Assembly: GCA_038214535.1 (NCBI GenBank)
Contig: JBBQRS010000003.1
Location: 16,459 to 80,458, forward strand
DNA length: 64,000 nt
Direction of reading: 5' to 3'
Origin: Anaerolineae bacterium
GTDB taxonomy: Bacteria > Chloroflexota > Anaerolineae > CG2-30-64-16
In this document: one piece after another, positions 9,402 through 18,517 of the stretch
Position numbering within the stretch: the stretch's first letter is position 1
How the letters are laid out: the number at the start of each line of letters is the position of its first letter
The notes under the pieces: model-generated
Database searches by the model: none
The model's input: the letters and a program-made list of their open reading frames with translations, nothing else
What the model was told of the DNA's origin: nothing
Position numbers and translations under genes: made by a program

Positions 9402-10316
9402 TTAGGGTGCGAGTTCCCAGATCAGCGCCAACCCGATGATGGTCAGCAAGATGTGCTCGATCAGGACGCGGCGGCGGATGGGGCCTTGAATGGCGCTTTG
9501 CGCCAGGCCGACCACGTTGTAGAAGAGCAAGAGCAGCACCAGGCCGCCCGTCAGGCTGTTCAATCGCCAGTAGTTGAGCGCCCAGGTCGCCTGGCCGAGG
9601 ATGAGTCCGGTGATGACGGCGTAGAGGGCGACCAGCGAAAGGGGCCGCTCGCTGCCGCGCAACAGTTCCAGCGCCAACAGGCTGCTGACCAGCGTGACCT
9701 CCGTCGCCGAGACGAGGCTGCGCACGCGGGTACGGTAGACCACCAGGAACAACAAAAGCGCGACCGCATACGTCAGTGCGTTGAGGCCGAGACGCGCGCG
9801 CCGATAGCCCGTGGCAAACGGATCAATAGTGAAGTACAATCCGGCCATGCATACGCCCATCGCAATGCCCGTCGCGACCAGCCCGGCCAGCCAGTAGGTG
9901 CTCGACGGCGCGACGGGCAAGATCAATACGGCGACGACGATCAACGCGACGGGTAGCGCCCAGAAGACCCAGTGCCCGCCGAGGCCTAAGCGGCTGCCGC
10001 GCCACTGTTGGAGGGTGGGGGTAGGAATCTGCGGGCCACCAGTGAGCGCCAGGGTGTTGGCAGGAACGCGATCCCAGAGATCAAGCCCGGCGATTTGGAC
10101 GCGGGGATGGGCGCGCACGACGGCTTCTGTGCCGGTGGCGACGAGCGCAGCCAGCAGCGCGCCGAGGATCGTGTTTGCGGTGATCGTCAGAGTGAGCGGC
10201 GAACCCAGAAGGGTGCCTTCGAAGATGCGGGTGGGGACTTGCAGAAAGCGCTGGGCCACCAAACCCATCAGCACGACCCAAATCATCACGCTTACGCGAT
10301 CTCGATAGTCAACCAA
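9402..10316 (-). CDS. hypothetical polytopic membrane protein (about 8 predicted TM segments), family not recognised
   Basis: 304-aa ORF with multiple long hydrophobic stretches; divergent from the CHAT gene with a 95-nt spacer. Confidence 0.5.
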   Translation of the reverse strand: MVDYRDRVSVMIWVVLMGLVAQRFLQVPTRIFEGTLLGSPLTLTITANTILGALLAALVATGTEAVVRAHPRVQIAGLDLWDRVPANTLALTGGPQIPTPTLQQWRGSRLGLGGHWVFWALPVALIVVAVLILPVAPSSTYWLAGLVATGIAMGVCMAGLYFTIDPFATGYRRARLGLNALTYAVALLLFLVVYRTRVRSLVSATEVTLVSSLLALELLRGSERPLSLVALYAVITGLILGQATWALNYWRLNSLTGGLVLLLLFYNVVGLAQSAIQGPIRRRVLIEHILLTIIGLALIWELAP

Positions 10317-10379
10317 ATGTACTTTCCATGATCATAGACTCGAATTCAGTGTCAGGATTGTAGCCTGCCACGGGCGGCT

Positions 10380-10408
10380 TTGTCAATTCGTCTGCCCCGG
10401 CATATACT
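10380..10408 (+). promoter_or_regulatory. sigma70-like promoter candidate (TTGTCA-17 nt-TATACT) for the CHAT gene
   Basis: Hexamers at 10380-10385 and 10403-10408 with a 17-nt spacer; the predicted TSS near 10415 implies the first ATG (10411) is not used and the transcript has a ~10-nt leader. Confidence 0.4.
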
Positions 10409-10425
10409 CAATGGTGGAAGGCGCG

Positions 10426-11766
10426 ATGCTCTACAATAATCTCACCCTGACAATCGCCCAACGCCAGACATCCGGTTACCCTGTCCAGATGGCCGTTGAA
10501 GGGTTGGGCCGGGTGTCCGGCATCCTTGCGCCCCCGCCCGATGCGTTGCTCCGTTCGCTGGCCGCCATCCCACTGCGCTCGCCTGCGAACCCCGATACGC
10601 TGCGCCAGGTCGGTGAGGGGTTGTTTCGCTGGCTTTTTGCCGGTGAACTGGAAACTCAGTTGCGGGTTGCCTGGGACCGCGCCGAGCGCGCGGGTCATGG
10701 CTTGCGCATTCGCCTCAGCCTGGATGCGCCGGAGATCGGGGCGCTGCCCTGGGAGTTACTCTACGACCCGGTGCGTGACCATCTGTTCAGCACCAGCATC
10801 TCTACCCTGCTCGTCCGCTATCTGGATCAATCAAACCGCTTTGGCGGGCTGGCCGATCAAGGCGCGGAACTTCCGCTAAGCCTGTTGCTCATCATCCCCG
10901 AAACCCCCGACCTTGACGCCGCGCGCGAACGCGGCAATGTCGAGGAGGCCCTGGCCGGTCTGCAAGACCTCATTGGCCTGACGGTGATGGATGGCGGCGT
11001 GACCCGCCAGGCGCTGTCGGACGCGCTTCTGGAGACAGGGTATCAGATCATCCATTTTGCGGGGCATGGCGCGTTCGCTCACGGCGAGGGATTTATCGCC
11101 TTGAATCTGGCTGATGGGCAGGCGGATATCGTGGACGCGCAAAGCGTTGCCCGGCTGCTGGGGAACCATCGGGCGTTGCGGCTGGTGGTGCTCAACGCGT
11201 GCAGCACCGGACAAACCAACTCGCATCGGGCTTTCGTGGGGCTGGCCCCGCAACTGGTGAGCCGGGGTGTGCCGGGGGTGATTGCCATGCAGACCCCGGT
11301 GGTTGACGCAGAAGCGGCGACTTTCGCGCACGAATTCTATCAGCAATTATGCACGGGCGAGAACGCCGGGCAGGTGGATGTGGCGCTGACCCATGCCCGG
11401 AATATGCTCGCTGTGCTCTATCCGCGCAGCGATGCCTGGGCCGCGCCGCTGCTTTACACCCACGCGCCCGACGGCATCCTCTTCGATCTTTCGGAGTTGA
11501 CGGCAAAGCAGGCGGGCGCAGGCCCGGCGCGTGCAGCCCTGGTGATCGGCTCGTTGCAGAAGAGTATGGAACTGACCGAGGATTGGGAATTCGTTGACGC
11601 TGCGCAGCTCAAAGCGTGGCGCAAGACCCTCAAACGAGCCGAGCAAGCCTACCGCGCACACCTGGATGACCCAAACCTCGATGCGCAGCAGGCCGCCCGT
11701 TATGGCCTGGCGCTGATTACCGGGCGGTTGGAAGCGCTTGAGATGCGCCTCGCTGCCCCTGTTTGA
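10426..11766 (+). CDS. CHAT-domain protein (caspase-like cysteine protease fold, His/Cys dyad conserved)
   Basis: IGALPWELLYD start-of-CHAT motif, IIHFAGHGAF (His) and LVVLNACSTGQ (Cys) catalytic signatures; no fused sensor or repeat domain visible; alternative start at ATG 10411. Confidence 0.75.
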   Translation: MLYNNLTLTIAQRQTSGYPVQMAVEGLGRVSGILAPPPDALLRSLAAIPLRSPANPDTLRQVGEGLFRWLFAGELETQLRVAWDRAERAGHGLRIRLSLDAPEIGALPWELLYDPVRDHLFSTSISTLLVRYLDQSNRFGGLADQGAELPLSLLLIIPETPDLDAARERGNVEEALAGLQDLIGLTVMDGGVTRQALSDALLETGYQIIHFAGHGAFAHGEGFIALNLADGQADIVDAQSVARLLGNHRALRLVVLNACSTGQTNSHRAFVGLAPQLVSRGVPGVIAMQTPVVDAEAATFAHEFYQQLCTGENAGQVDVALTHARNMLAVLYPRSDAWAAPLLYTHAPDGILFDLSELTAKQAGAGPARAALVIGSLQKSMELTEDWEFVDAAQLKAWRKTLKRAEQAYRAHLDDPNLDAQQAARYGLALITGRLEALEMRLAAPV

Positions 11767-11770
11767 TTCC

Positions 11771-12718
11771 TCACATCCAGTCGCGCCGGATGAAGATGCG
11801 CGCGACGAAAATCGCCAATATGATCGAGATGCCGGCAATGATGGGAAACGCCCACGGCCAGTTTGCCATGGGCACGTTGACGTTCATGCCCCAGAAGCTC
11901 GACAGGATGTTCGGCATCATCAGGATGATGGTCGCCGCTGCCAGGAATTTCATCACGATGTTGACGTTGTTCGAGATAATGGACGCGAAGGCGTCCATCG
12001 TCGAACTGAGGATATCTGTCGCGATGTTGGTCATAGCGATGGCCTGCTGGTTCTCGGTGAGCGCGTCTTCCAACAGATCTTCGTCGTCGGGATAGGTGGT
12101 GAAGAACTGGCCGCGTTGCAGGCGCTCCATCATCAACTCGTTCGAGCGCAGCGCCTCGGTGAAGTAGACCAGGCTCTTCTGATGTTTCAGGAGACCGAGC
12201 AACTCTTTGTTGCGGGTGGAGAGTTGCAACTGGTCTTCCAGCAGATCTACCGCCTTGTTGATCTCCCTCAGGTAACTCAAATACTTGGACGCGGTCAGGT
12301 GCAGCAGTTGCAGCAGGAAGCGGTTGCGCTTGGCCGTGGTCAGGCCGCGCACGCGCCCGGTCGAGAATTCCTGCATGACTTCGCTGGGCCGCCGGGAGAT
12401 CGTCAAAATCCACTGGCTGTCGAGCACGACGCCCATCGGCATCGTGATGTAGGGCACGTCGGCGGCCAGGCCCTGATATAACGGGACGCGCAGGACGATC
12501 AGGATTTCGCCATCTTCGCGTTCCACGCGGGCGCGTTCATCCATATCCAAGGGGTACGTAATAAACTCTTGCGGGATGCCCAGATCGAGCAGTTCTGCGA
12601 TTTCTTCAACCGTAGGATCCACAACGTCAATCCAGCATCCGCGGGAAACCTCAGGAATCGTCTCCAGCCCTTGATCCGTGCTCTTGTAAATGGTGATCAT
12701 GGTCGCAGCCGCCTCCAA
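11771..12718 (-). CDS. corA: magnesium/cobalt transporter CorA
   Basis: C-terminal ILSSFWGMNVNVPMANWPWAF with the GMN motif and two C-terminal TM helices; 315 aa. Confidence 0.85.
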   Translation of the reverse strand: MEAAATMITIYKSTDQGLETIPEVSRGCWIDVVDPTVEEIAELLDLGIPQEFITYPLDMDERARVEREDGEILIVLRVPLYQGLAADVPYITMPMGVVLDSQWILTISRRPSEVMQEFSTGRVRGLTTAKRNRFLLQLLHLTASKYLSYLREINKAVDLLEDQLQLSTRNKELLGLLKHQKSLVYFTEALRSNELMMERLQRGQFFTTYPDDEDLLEDALTENQQAIAMTNIATDILSSTMDAFASIISNNVNIVMKFLAAATIILMMPNILSSFWGMNVNVPMANWPWAFPIIAGISIILAIFVARIFIRRDWM

Positions 12719-13038
12719 TCCACCCCCATTGACAGGGGGCGTCAGATAGATTTTTGAAGGCAGAAGCAGCCCACCGCCGGCTCGATCGGGAATCCTTACG
12801 GCCCGGCGGTAACGGGTTTACATCCGGGGAAGGTTCCGTGAAGGGAAGAGGCTATGGGCGTTCAGTCGGCCGGAGAGCCGGCTTCCGCCATGTTTGCAGG
12901 CCCGACAAGTTGCCGGGCCGCTCATACTGGGTAAATGATCAGATGACATCATTTCTCTCAAAGGCATGGCCGGCGCACTGGCCTCACAACACCTCAACGA
13001 CTCACACAGGGATTCGGGTTCGCTCGATTGTCAACATA

Positions 13039-13066
13039 ATTATACCGCCCCGCCCCCGAAAGTCAA
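13039..13066 (-). promoter_or_regulatory. sigma70-like promoter candidate on minus strand (TTGACT-16 nt-TATAAT) giving a ~310-nt corA leader
   Basis: Minus-strand -35 at 13061-13066 and -10 at 13039-13044, read directly; corA ATG is at 12718. Confidence 0.45.
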
Positions 13067-13098
13067 AATGCGGCGCGATTTCGAGTGTTCATGAGCTT

Positions 13099-13159
13099 CT
13101 TTGTAGGGACAGCTTTAGCCGTTGAGGCTACCCCAACGGCTAAAGCCGTCACTACAAAG
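13099..13159. repeat. palindromic intergenic repeat element, copy 3 (2 mismatches in stem)
   Basis: ctttgtagggacagctttagccgtt ... aacggctaaagccgtcactacaaag immediately downstream of the murE stop; likely terminator. Confidence 0.75.
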
Positions 13160-13182
13160 TGGTCGGTCAGGCTACAAAGGCG

Positions 13183-14796
13183 CTAAGGTGTCCAGGTGGG
13201 CAGGATGTGGGGTGGCGCGGACGTGGCTGCGCCGCACACCGTGTCCAGCGCCCAGGTGAGGGCATCCTGATCGCGCCAGGGATGTTCCACGACGCCGAAG
13301 CACATGGATTGCTCGTGGCCTTTGCCGCAGACGAGCACGATATCACCGGGTTGCGCGCGCTGGACGGCGTGGAGGATCGCTCGCTGCCGGTCGGGGATGC
13401 GCGTGAAATCCTGACCTTCGACGCGTCCCATGCGCCGCATGGCGGCGGCGGTTTCCTCCAGGATGGTCGCAAGCTCCTCGGTGCGCGGGTCTTCCGCGGT
13501 GATGATGGTGAAGTCCGCGTGTTGCGCCGCCGCCTCGCCCATCAGGCCGCGCTTGGCGCGATCGCGCAGACCGGCGCTGCCGAAGACAACGATTACGTGA
13601 CCGTCCTCCGGCTCGATGAGATTGCGAGCGGTCTTAAGGACGTGGGCCAGCGCGTTGGGCGTGTGGGCGAAATCCACGATGGCGGTGAAGTCCTGGCCGC
13701 GATAGATGCGCTCCATGCGGCCCGGAATCCCGGCAACCCGGCTGACGCCCTTGGCGATGGTCGCGGGATCAACTCCCAGGGCGATGGCTGCCCCGCAGGC
13801 GGCCAGGATGTTCGAGACGTTGTACTCACCGATCAACGGGGAGTTCAGCGCCCAAAACTGCGGCGCGGCGGATGTGAGTTCCGGTCGCAGTTCGACATCG
13901 AAGTGTAACCCGGTCGCGTCCTGCCGGATATTGCGGGCAATGATCTCGGCAAATGCGCCTTCGGGAACGGGCTGTAACGGCCTGGCCTCGCGATGATAGA
14001 TCAGGGTGCGTTCCGCCGGAATGCCCAGCAGATACGGATAAGAGGCATCGTCGGCGTTGAGCACCCGTGTCTTGCGCAAGCCCGGTTTACGCTCACTCTC
14101 GCCAAGCATCCGAAACAGCATGGCTTTGGCCACGCGGTAGGCCTCATAGGAGCCATGAAAGTCCAGATGCTCGTGGGTGATATTGGTCACGACGGCGACA
14201 TCGAAGGCGCAGCCGGTGACGCGGTGTTGGGCCAACCCGTGCGAGGTGGTCTCCAGAACGGCGACTTCGGTTCCCGCCTGGACCATCTGCGCGAGGTAGC
14301 GCTGCACATCGGGGGCGTCGGGGGTGGTGGTGTGTAAACCCGTCTCGTAAGTTTGCTCGCCGATGACCGCGTTGACGGTGCTGATGAGGCTCGCGTTCAA
14401 CCCTGCGGCGCGCAGGATGCCGTGCAAGACGTTCGCGGTGGTCGTTTTGCCGTCTGTCCCGGTGACGCCCACCAACTTCAGGCGGCGGCCGGGGTGTCCC
14501 TCCCAAGCGGCGCTGAGCCGGCCCAGGGCCTCACGCCCATCGCGTACCTGGAGATAGATGACGTTTGGGGCGCGCATATCGGGGATGGGCGTTTCACCAA
14601 CGATCACGGTCGCGCCGCGCGCGATGGCGTCTGGGATGAAACGATGGCTGTCGGTTCCGACGCCGCGATAGGCGACAAAGAGCGCGTCGGGCGTCACCTG
14701 ACGCGAATCTGCGACGATGCCGTTGACTTCGACATCCGTATCTCCGGCAATTGCCACGACGCCGGGCATACCGGCCAGCAAAGCCTTCAGGCGCAT
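13183..14796 (-). CDS. murE: UDP-N-acetylmuramoyl-L-alanyl-D-glutamate--2,6-diaminopimelate ligase MurE
   Basis: GVTGTDGKTTTANVLHGIL P-loop and Mur ligase central and C-terminal domains; start placed at MRLKALLAGMPG (internal M of the 597-aa ORF) to give a typical ~537-aa MurE. Confidence 0.8.
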   Translation of the reverse strand: MRLKALLAGMPGVVAIAGDTDVEVNGIVADSRQVTPDALFVAYRGVGTDSHRFIPDAIARGATVIVGETPIPDMRAPNVIYLQVRDGREALGRLSAAWEGHPGRRLKLVGVTGTDGKTTTANVLHGILRAAGLNASLISTVNAVIGEQTYETGLHTTTPDAPDVQRYLAQMVQAGTEVAVLETTSHGLAQHRVTGCAFDVAVVTNITHEHLDFHGSYEAYRVAKAMLFRMLGESERKPGLRKTRVLNADDASYPYLLGIPAERTLIYHREARPLQPVPEGAFAEIIARNIRQDATGLHFDVELRPELTSAAPQFWALNSPLIGEYNVSNILAACGAAIALGVDPATIAKGVSRVAGIPGRMERIYRGQDFTAIVDFAHTPNALAHVLKTARNLIEPEDGHVIVVFGSAGLRDRAKRGLMGEAAAQHADFTIITAEDPRTEELATILEETAAAMRRMGRVEGQDFTRIPDRQRAILHAVQRAQPGDIVLVCGKGHEQSMCFGVVEHPWRDQDALTWALDTVCGAATSAPPHILPTWTP

Positions 14797-14804
14797 GGGG
14801 GGCC

Positions 14805-15338
14805 TTAACGCCGTTTGCGCGGCGACTTGGGTGTGGAGCTGGCGGTGACGCGGAGTCCGCTCCAGCCGCAATCCTTGTTCCAGCAACGATAGCGGCGTAC
14901 CGGCGCGAACACGTTCACGACACGGTCTGTGGGGTGACGATGCACGCGATGAATCTCGCCGTCGCAACGCGGGCATGATATCTGGGTGAGGGATTTGGAG
15001 TGCGTGACCCGCCAGCGCAACCGGTAGGCGATGGCGACGACGGCGATGAGAAGCAGGACGAAACCAGTGATTTCGGCAGGCGACAGGTCATTGAAGAACG
15101 CGATCGCTTTGTCGGTCAGGGTGTGCGCCCGCGGCGCGACGATGTTGGTCGCCTTCGCAGCGGCCCGATCCATGGCGTAGCGGATCTGGCTGTATGCAGT
15201 GAGCAGCAGGAAGCCGGCCGCGGCAAGGGCCAGCCAGAAAAGCTCGGGCATTTCGCGCCATAGCCTGGCAAGCCTGCTCTCTTTGGGTTTGCTGCGATGT
15301 TTGTGTCGCGTGGGTTGCGTGACCGGATCCTGAACCAT
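14805..15338 (-). CDS. hypothetical small membrane-anchored protein with C-terminal Cys4 zinc-ribbon (CPRC...CWNKDC)
   Basis: 177-aa ORF with basic N-terminus, two hydrophobic helices and C-terminal CxxC-x22-CxxxxC; 13 nt after the nuoN-paralog stop and 8 nt before the murE start on the same strand. Confidence 0.4.
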   Translation of the reverse strand: MVQDPVTQPTRHKHRSKPKESRLARLWREMPELFWLALAAAGFLLLTAYSQIRYAMDRAAAKATNIVAPRAHTLTDKAIAFFNDLSPAEITGFVLLLIAVVAIAYRLRWRVTHSKSLTQISCPRCDGEIHRVHRHPTDRVVNVFAPVRRYRCWNKDCGWSGLRVTASSTPKSPRKRR

Positions 15339-15351
15339 AGGATGGACGACC

Positions 15352-16845
15352 TTACCTCAGGAATGAGAGCAGACTCTGCGCCGATTCGCCGGCCCAGTTG
15401 ATCACGGGACCGGGGATCAGTCCCAACAGCAGCGTGACCGCGCCGGCCAGCAGGATCGCGCCGGCCAGGGGCGCGGCGACCGCGATGGGCGTGCTGTCTT
15501 CGGGTAAGGGCATGAAGAACATGTAGCGGACTACGTTCAGATAGTAGAATGCCGCGACCACGCTGTTGATGGCGGCGATGATCACCAGCGCCCACATTTG
15601 TTGTTGGATGGCGGCGCCGAACACGAAGAACTTGCCCAGAAAGCCGCCGGTGGGCGGAATGCCCGCCAGAGAAATCAGGAAGAGGAAGAGCAGCACGGCC
15701 AGCCATGGCGCGCGGCGCACCAGCCCCGCGTACGATTCCAATTCGGCGCTCCCCGTGACCGTCTCGATGGCTGTCACGACGGCGAACGCGCCGACGTTCG
15801 TGAACAGATACGCGAACAGATAGAACAAGACGCCGTTATAGCCGGTGAAGGTTTGATCTGGGGCGGCCAGTACAGCGGCGACGCCGATCAGGATGTAGCC
15901 GGCCTGCGCGATAGACGAGTAAGCCAACATGCGCTTGATGTTGGTCTGGCGCAGGGCGGCCAGGTTGCCGATCGTCATGGTAAGGACGGCGACGGCGGTG
16001 AGGATGGCAACCCATTGCGGCTGCGCCCAACCCATCGCCATGGTGAAGACGCGCATCAGGATGGCGAAACCGGCAGCTTTGGATACTGTCGAAAGAAACG
16101 TCGTGATGGGCGTCGGCGCGCCTTCGTAGGTGTCGGGGACCCATTGGTGGAACGGCACGAGGCTGGCCTTGAACCCGAACCCGACCAGCAGCAGGATCAG
16201 CGCCGGGATTGTCAACCACACTAATTCCGATGGCCCTGCAAAGCTCAATGCAGCGGAGATGTCGCTCAGGCCCAGTGAGCCGGTCGCGCCGAAGAGCAAC
16301 GACATGCCGAACAGCATGATCGCCGATGCGGTGGAACCGTACAGGAAGTACTTGATCGCTGCCTCGCCCGACTTTTTGTCCTCACGCAGATAACCTGCCA
16401 GCACGTAACTGGTGATGCTGAGGAACTCCATGCTCAGGTAGACCATCATCAGGTTGGCCGAACCGACGGCGAGACAGATCGCCAGCGTCGCAATGAGCAA
16501 TAACGCGTAGAACTCGCCGGGGTAGGGCGTGCGCCCCCGCAGATAGGGGATGGCGATCAGGATGACCAGTGCAACCCCCATGATCGCCAGTGCTTTGAGG
16601 AAGATTGCAAATGAATCTACCACCAACATGCCGGTGACATAGTGCGCGCCGCTCGCCTCGCCGGCCAGCGCGTTGAGTGCCGGAATCAACCTGAGCGCGG
16701 CCACGCCCAGCCCGGCGAGCGCGATGTAGGGCAAAGACTCACGGCGGCGGCCTTCGCGATCTATCAGGTCGAGCGCGAAGATGAGCACGGCCGTCAGCAG
16801 CAGAGAGATTTCCGGTAGTATGAAGACAAGATCGCTCAAATTCAA
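15352..16845 (-). CDS. nuoN: NADH-quinone oxidoreductase subunit N, second (paralogous) set
   Basis: 497-aa antiporter-like subunit, MNLSDLVFILPEISLLLTAVLIF N-terminus, last gene of the minus-strand cluster. Confidence 0.85.
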   Translation of the reverse strand: MNLSDLVFILPEISLLLTAVLIFALDLIDREGRRRESLPYIALAGLGVAALRLIPALNALAGEASGAHYVTGMLVVDSFAIFLKALAIMGVALVILIAIPYLRGRTPYPGEFYALLLIATLAICLAVGSANLMMVYLSMEFLSITSYVLAGYLREDKKSGEAAIKYFLYGSTASAIMLFGMSLLFGATGSLGLSDISAALSFAGPSELVWLTIPALILLLVGFGFKASLVPFHQWVPDTYEGAPTPITTFLSTVSKAAGFAILMRVFTMAMGWAQPQWVAILTAVAVLTMTIGNLAALRQTNIKRMLAYSSIAQAGYILIGVAAVLAAPDQTFTGYNGVLFYLFAYLFTNVGAFAVVTAIETVTGSAELESYAGLVRRAPWLAVLLFLFLISLAGIPPTGGFLGKFFVFGAAIQQQMWALVIIAAINSVVAAFYYLNVVRYMFFMPLPEDSTPIAVAAPLAGAILLAGAVTLLLGLIPGPVINWAGESAQSLLSFLR

Positions 16846-16884
16846 GGCTGTGCCCTCCTCCGGCGCGACGCGCAGGGAAACCGG

Positions 16885-18465
16885 CTACTTTCCAACGAAA
16901 CCGCTCATCAGCGAGAGAAAAGTAGGATTGAAGAACGTCAGGAGGATGGCGGGCAGGACGCCCAGCAGCACCATGAAGAAAACCAGCGGCCAGAGTGTGA
17001 TTTTCTCGAAGGGAGCTACGTCCATCGGTGCGTGTTCTTCAACGCCGGTCACGGGATCGGTCCAATGCTCGATCTTGGTGGGGTCATACGGCCCCAGGAA
17101 CATGTACTGGATCATCTTCCAGAGGATGTAGGCGGCGGTCAGGATGATGCCGATGACGCCGACGATGGCCCAGAAGGTCACGATGTCGAAGGCGCCACGG
17201 AAGACGAAGAACTCGCCCCAGAAGCCGGCCAGCCCCGGCAGCCCCAGCGAGGCAAACGCCGTCACGGCAAAGAGGCCATAGTAATAGGGCGTCTTGCCGC
17301 TTAATCCGCCGAACATCTTTAAGTCGCGCAGGTGGGCGCGTTCATAGATAATGCCCACCAGGAAGAACAACGCGCCGGTGCTGATGCCGTGATTGAACAT
17401 GGTGAGCGCCGCGCCGTTCAGCGCCATCGTGCTGCTCTCGACCTGATCGGCCACGCCGACGGCGAGGGCGGCGGAACCGACGCCCAGCAACACGTAGCCC
17501 ATGTGACTGACGGAGGAGTACGCGATCAGTCGCTTGAGATCCCACTGCGCCATAGAGACCAGCGCGCCGTAGATGATCGAGATGACGCCCAGGATCACGA
17601 TGATCAAGCCGTAGCGTTTCATCGTTTCGGGGAAGATCGGCAGGGCGATGCGGATGATGCCATATGCGCCCAGCTTCAGCATGACGCCGGCCAGGATGAC
17701 CGAACCCGCCGTGGGCGCAGCGGTGTGGGCGTCGGGCAGCCAGGTGTGCAACGGCCAACTGGGTACCTTGATCGCGAAGGCGATGAAGAACGCCCAGAAC
17801 GCCAGGCTGGCGGCGAGGGTATTCCCGGCGAAGGGTTGCAGTCGCGCCGCCTCAACGATATCGAACGTCCCGCTGGACAGGTAGATGGCGATGATTGCCA
17901 GCAGCATGAATACGGAACCGGCCAACGTGTAAAGGAAGAACTTGATGGCCGAGTATTGCGGGCGGTCTTTGGGCTGGCCCCAGATACCGATCAGGAAGTA
18001 CATCGGCACCAGGCCGATTTCCCAGAAGACGTAGAAGAGCACCAGGTCGAGCGAGACGAAGACGCCCAACATGCCCATTTCGAGCAGGAAGAAGAGGAAA
18101 AAGAACTCGCGGACGCGGACTTTGATGGCGCGTGACGAATACCAGATGCCCAGCGCCGTCAGGAACGTGGTCAGGAAGACCAGCGGGACGCTGAGGCCGT
18201 CAACACCGAGATGATAGTTGATGTTGAGGACAGCGATCCACGGGGCGTTGACTTCGAACTGGAAGCCCGCGCCGGCCTTGTTGTAGGCGAACCAGAGCGC
18301 GATGGAGAGACCCAGAGGCAGCAGGCTATAGATGATAGACCCCTGCTTGATGAGCTTTTCCTCGCGTTCTTTACTCCATCCCAGCCACTTGCCCAGGGGC
18401 AACAACACGAGGATCGCGCCCACCAGTGGAGCAAATGTAATAAGGGTGAGTAGTGCGCTATTCAT
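16885..18465 (-). CDS. nuoM: NADH-quinone oxidoreductase subunit M, second set
   Basis: Mrp/NuoM antiporter-like fold with conserved ...WLPDAHTAAPTAGSVILAG...; start at MNSALLTLITFAPL. Confidence 0.85.
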   Translation of the reverse strand: MNSALLTLITFAPLVGAILVLLPLGKWLGWSKEREEKLIKQGSIIYSLLPLGLSIALWFAYNKAGAGFQFEVNAPWIAVLNINYHLGVDGLSVPLVFLTTFLTALGIWYSSRAIKVRVREFFFLFFLLEMGMLGVFVSLDLVLFYVFWEIGLVPMYFLIGIWGQPKDRPQYSAIKFFLYTLAGSVFMLLAIIAIYLSSGTFDIVEAARLQPFAGNTLAASLAFWAFFIAFAIKVPSWPLHTWLPDAHTAAPTAGSVILAGVMLKLGAYGIIRIALPIFPETMKRYGLIIVILGVISIIYGALVSMAQWDLKRLIAYSSVSHMGYVLLGVGSAALAVGVADQVESSTMALNGAALTMFNHGISTGALFFLVGIIYERAHLRDLKMFGGLSGKTPYYYGLFAVTAFASLGLPGLAGFWGEFFVFRGAFDIVTFWAIVGVIGIILTAAYILWKMIQYMFLGPYDPTKIEHWTDPVTGVEEHAPMDVAPFEKITLWPLVFFMVLLGVLPAILLTFFNPTFLSLMSGFVGK

Positions 18466-18517
18466 GAAGCATCTCCTCCGATGCAATTCGATCCGAAACG
18501 CCCAGGGCTGCCTGAGA

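Noticed and set aside
12719-13035. Possible M-box (Mg2+) riboswitch in the corA leader
   Set aside because: I could not recognise the M-box consensus helices by eye. The region is kept only as a long leader of unknown class, and an Rfam scan is needed.
12754-13125. 123-aa plus-strand ORF inside the corA upstream region
   Set aside because: It has an Arg/Gly-rich low-complexity translation and lies within the predicted corA leader and promoter on the opposite strand. It has no RBS and no family resemblance.
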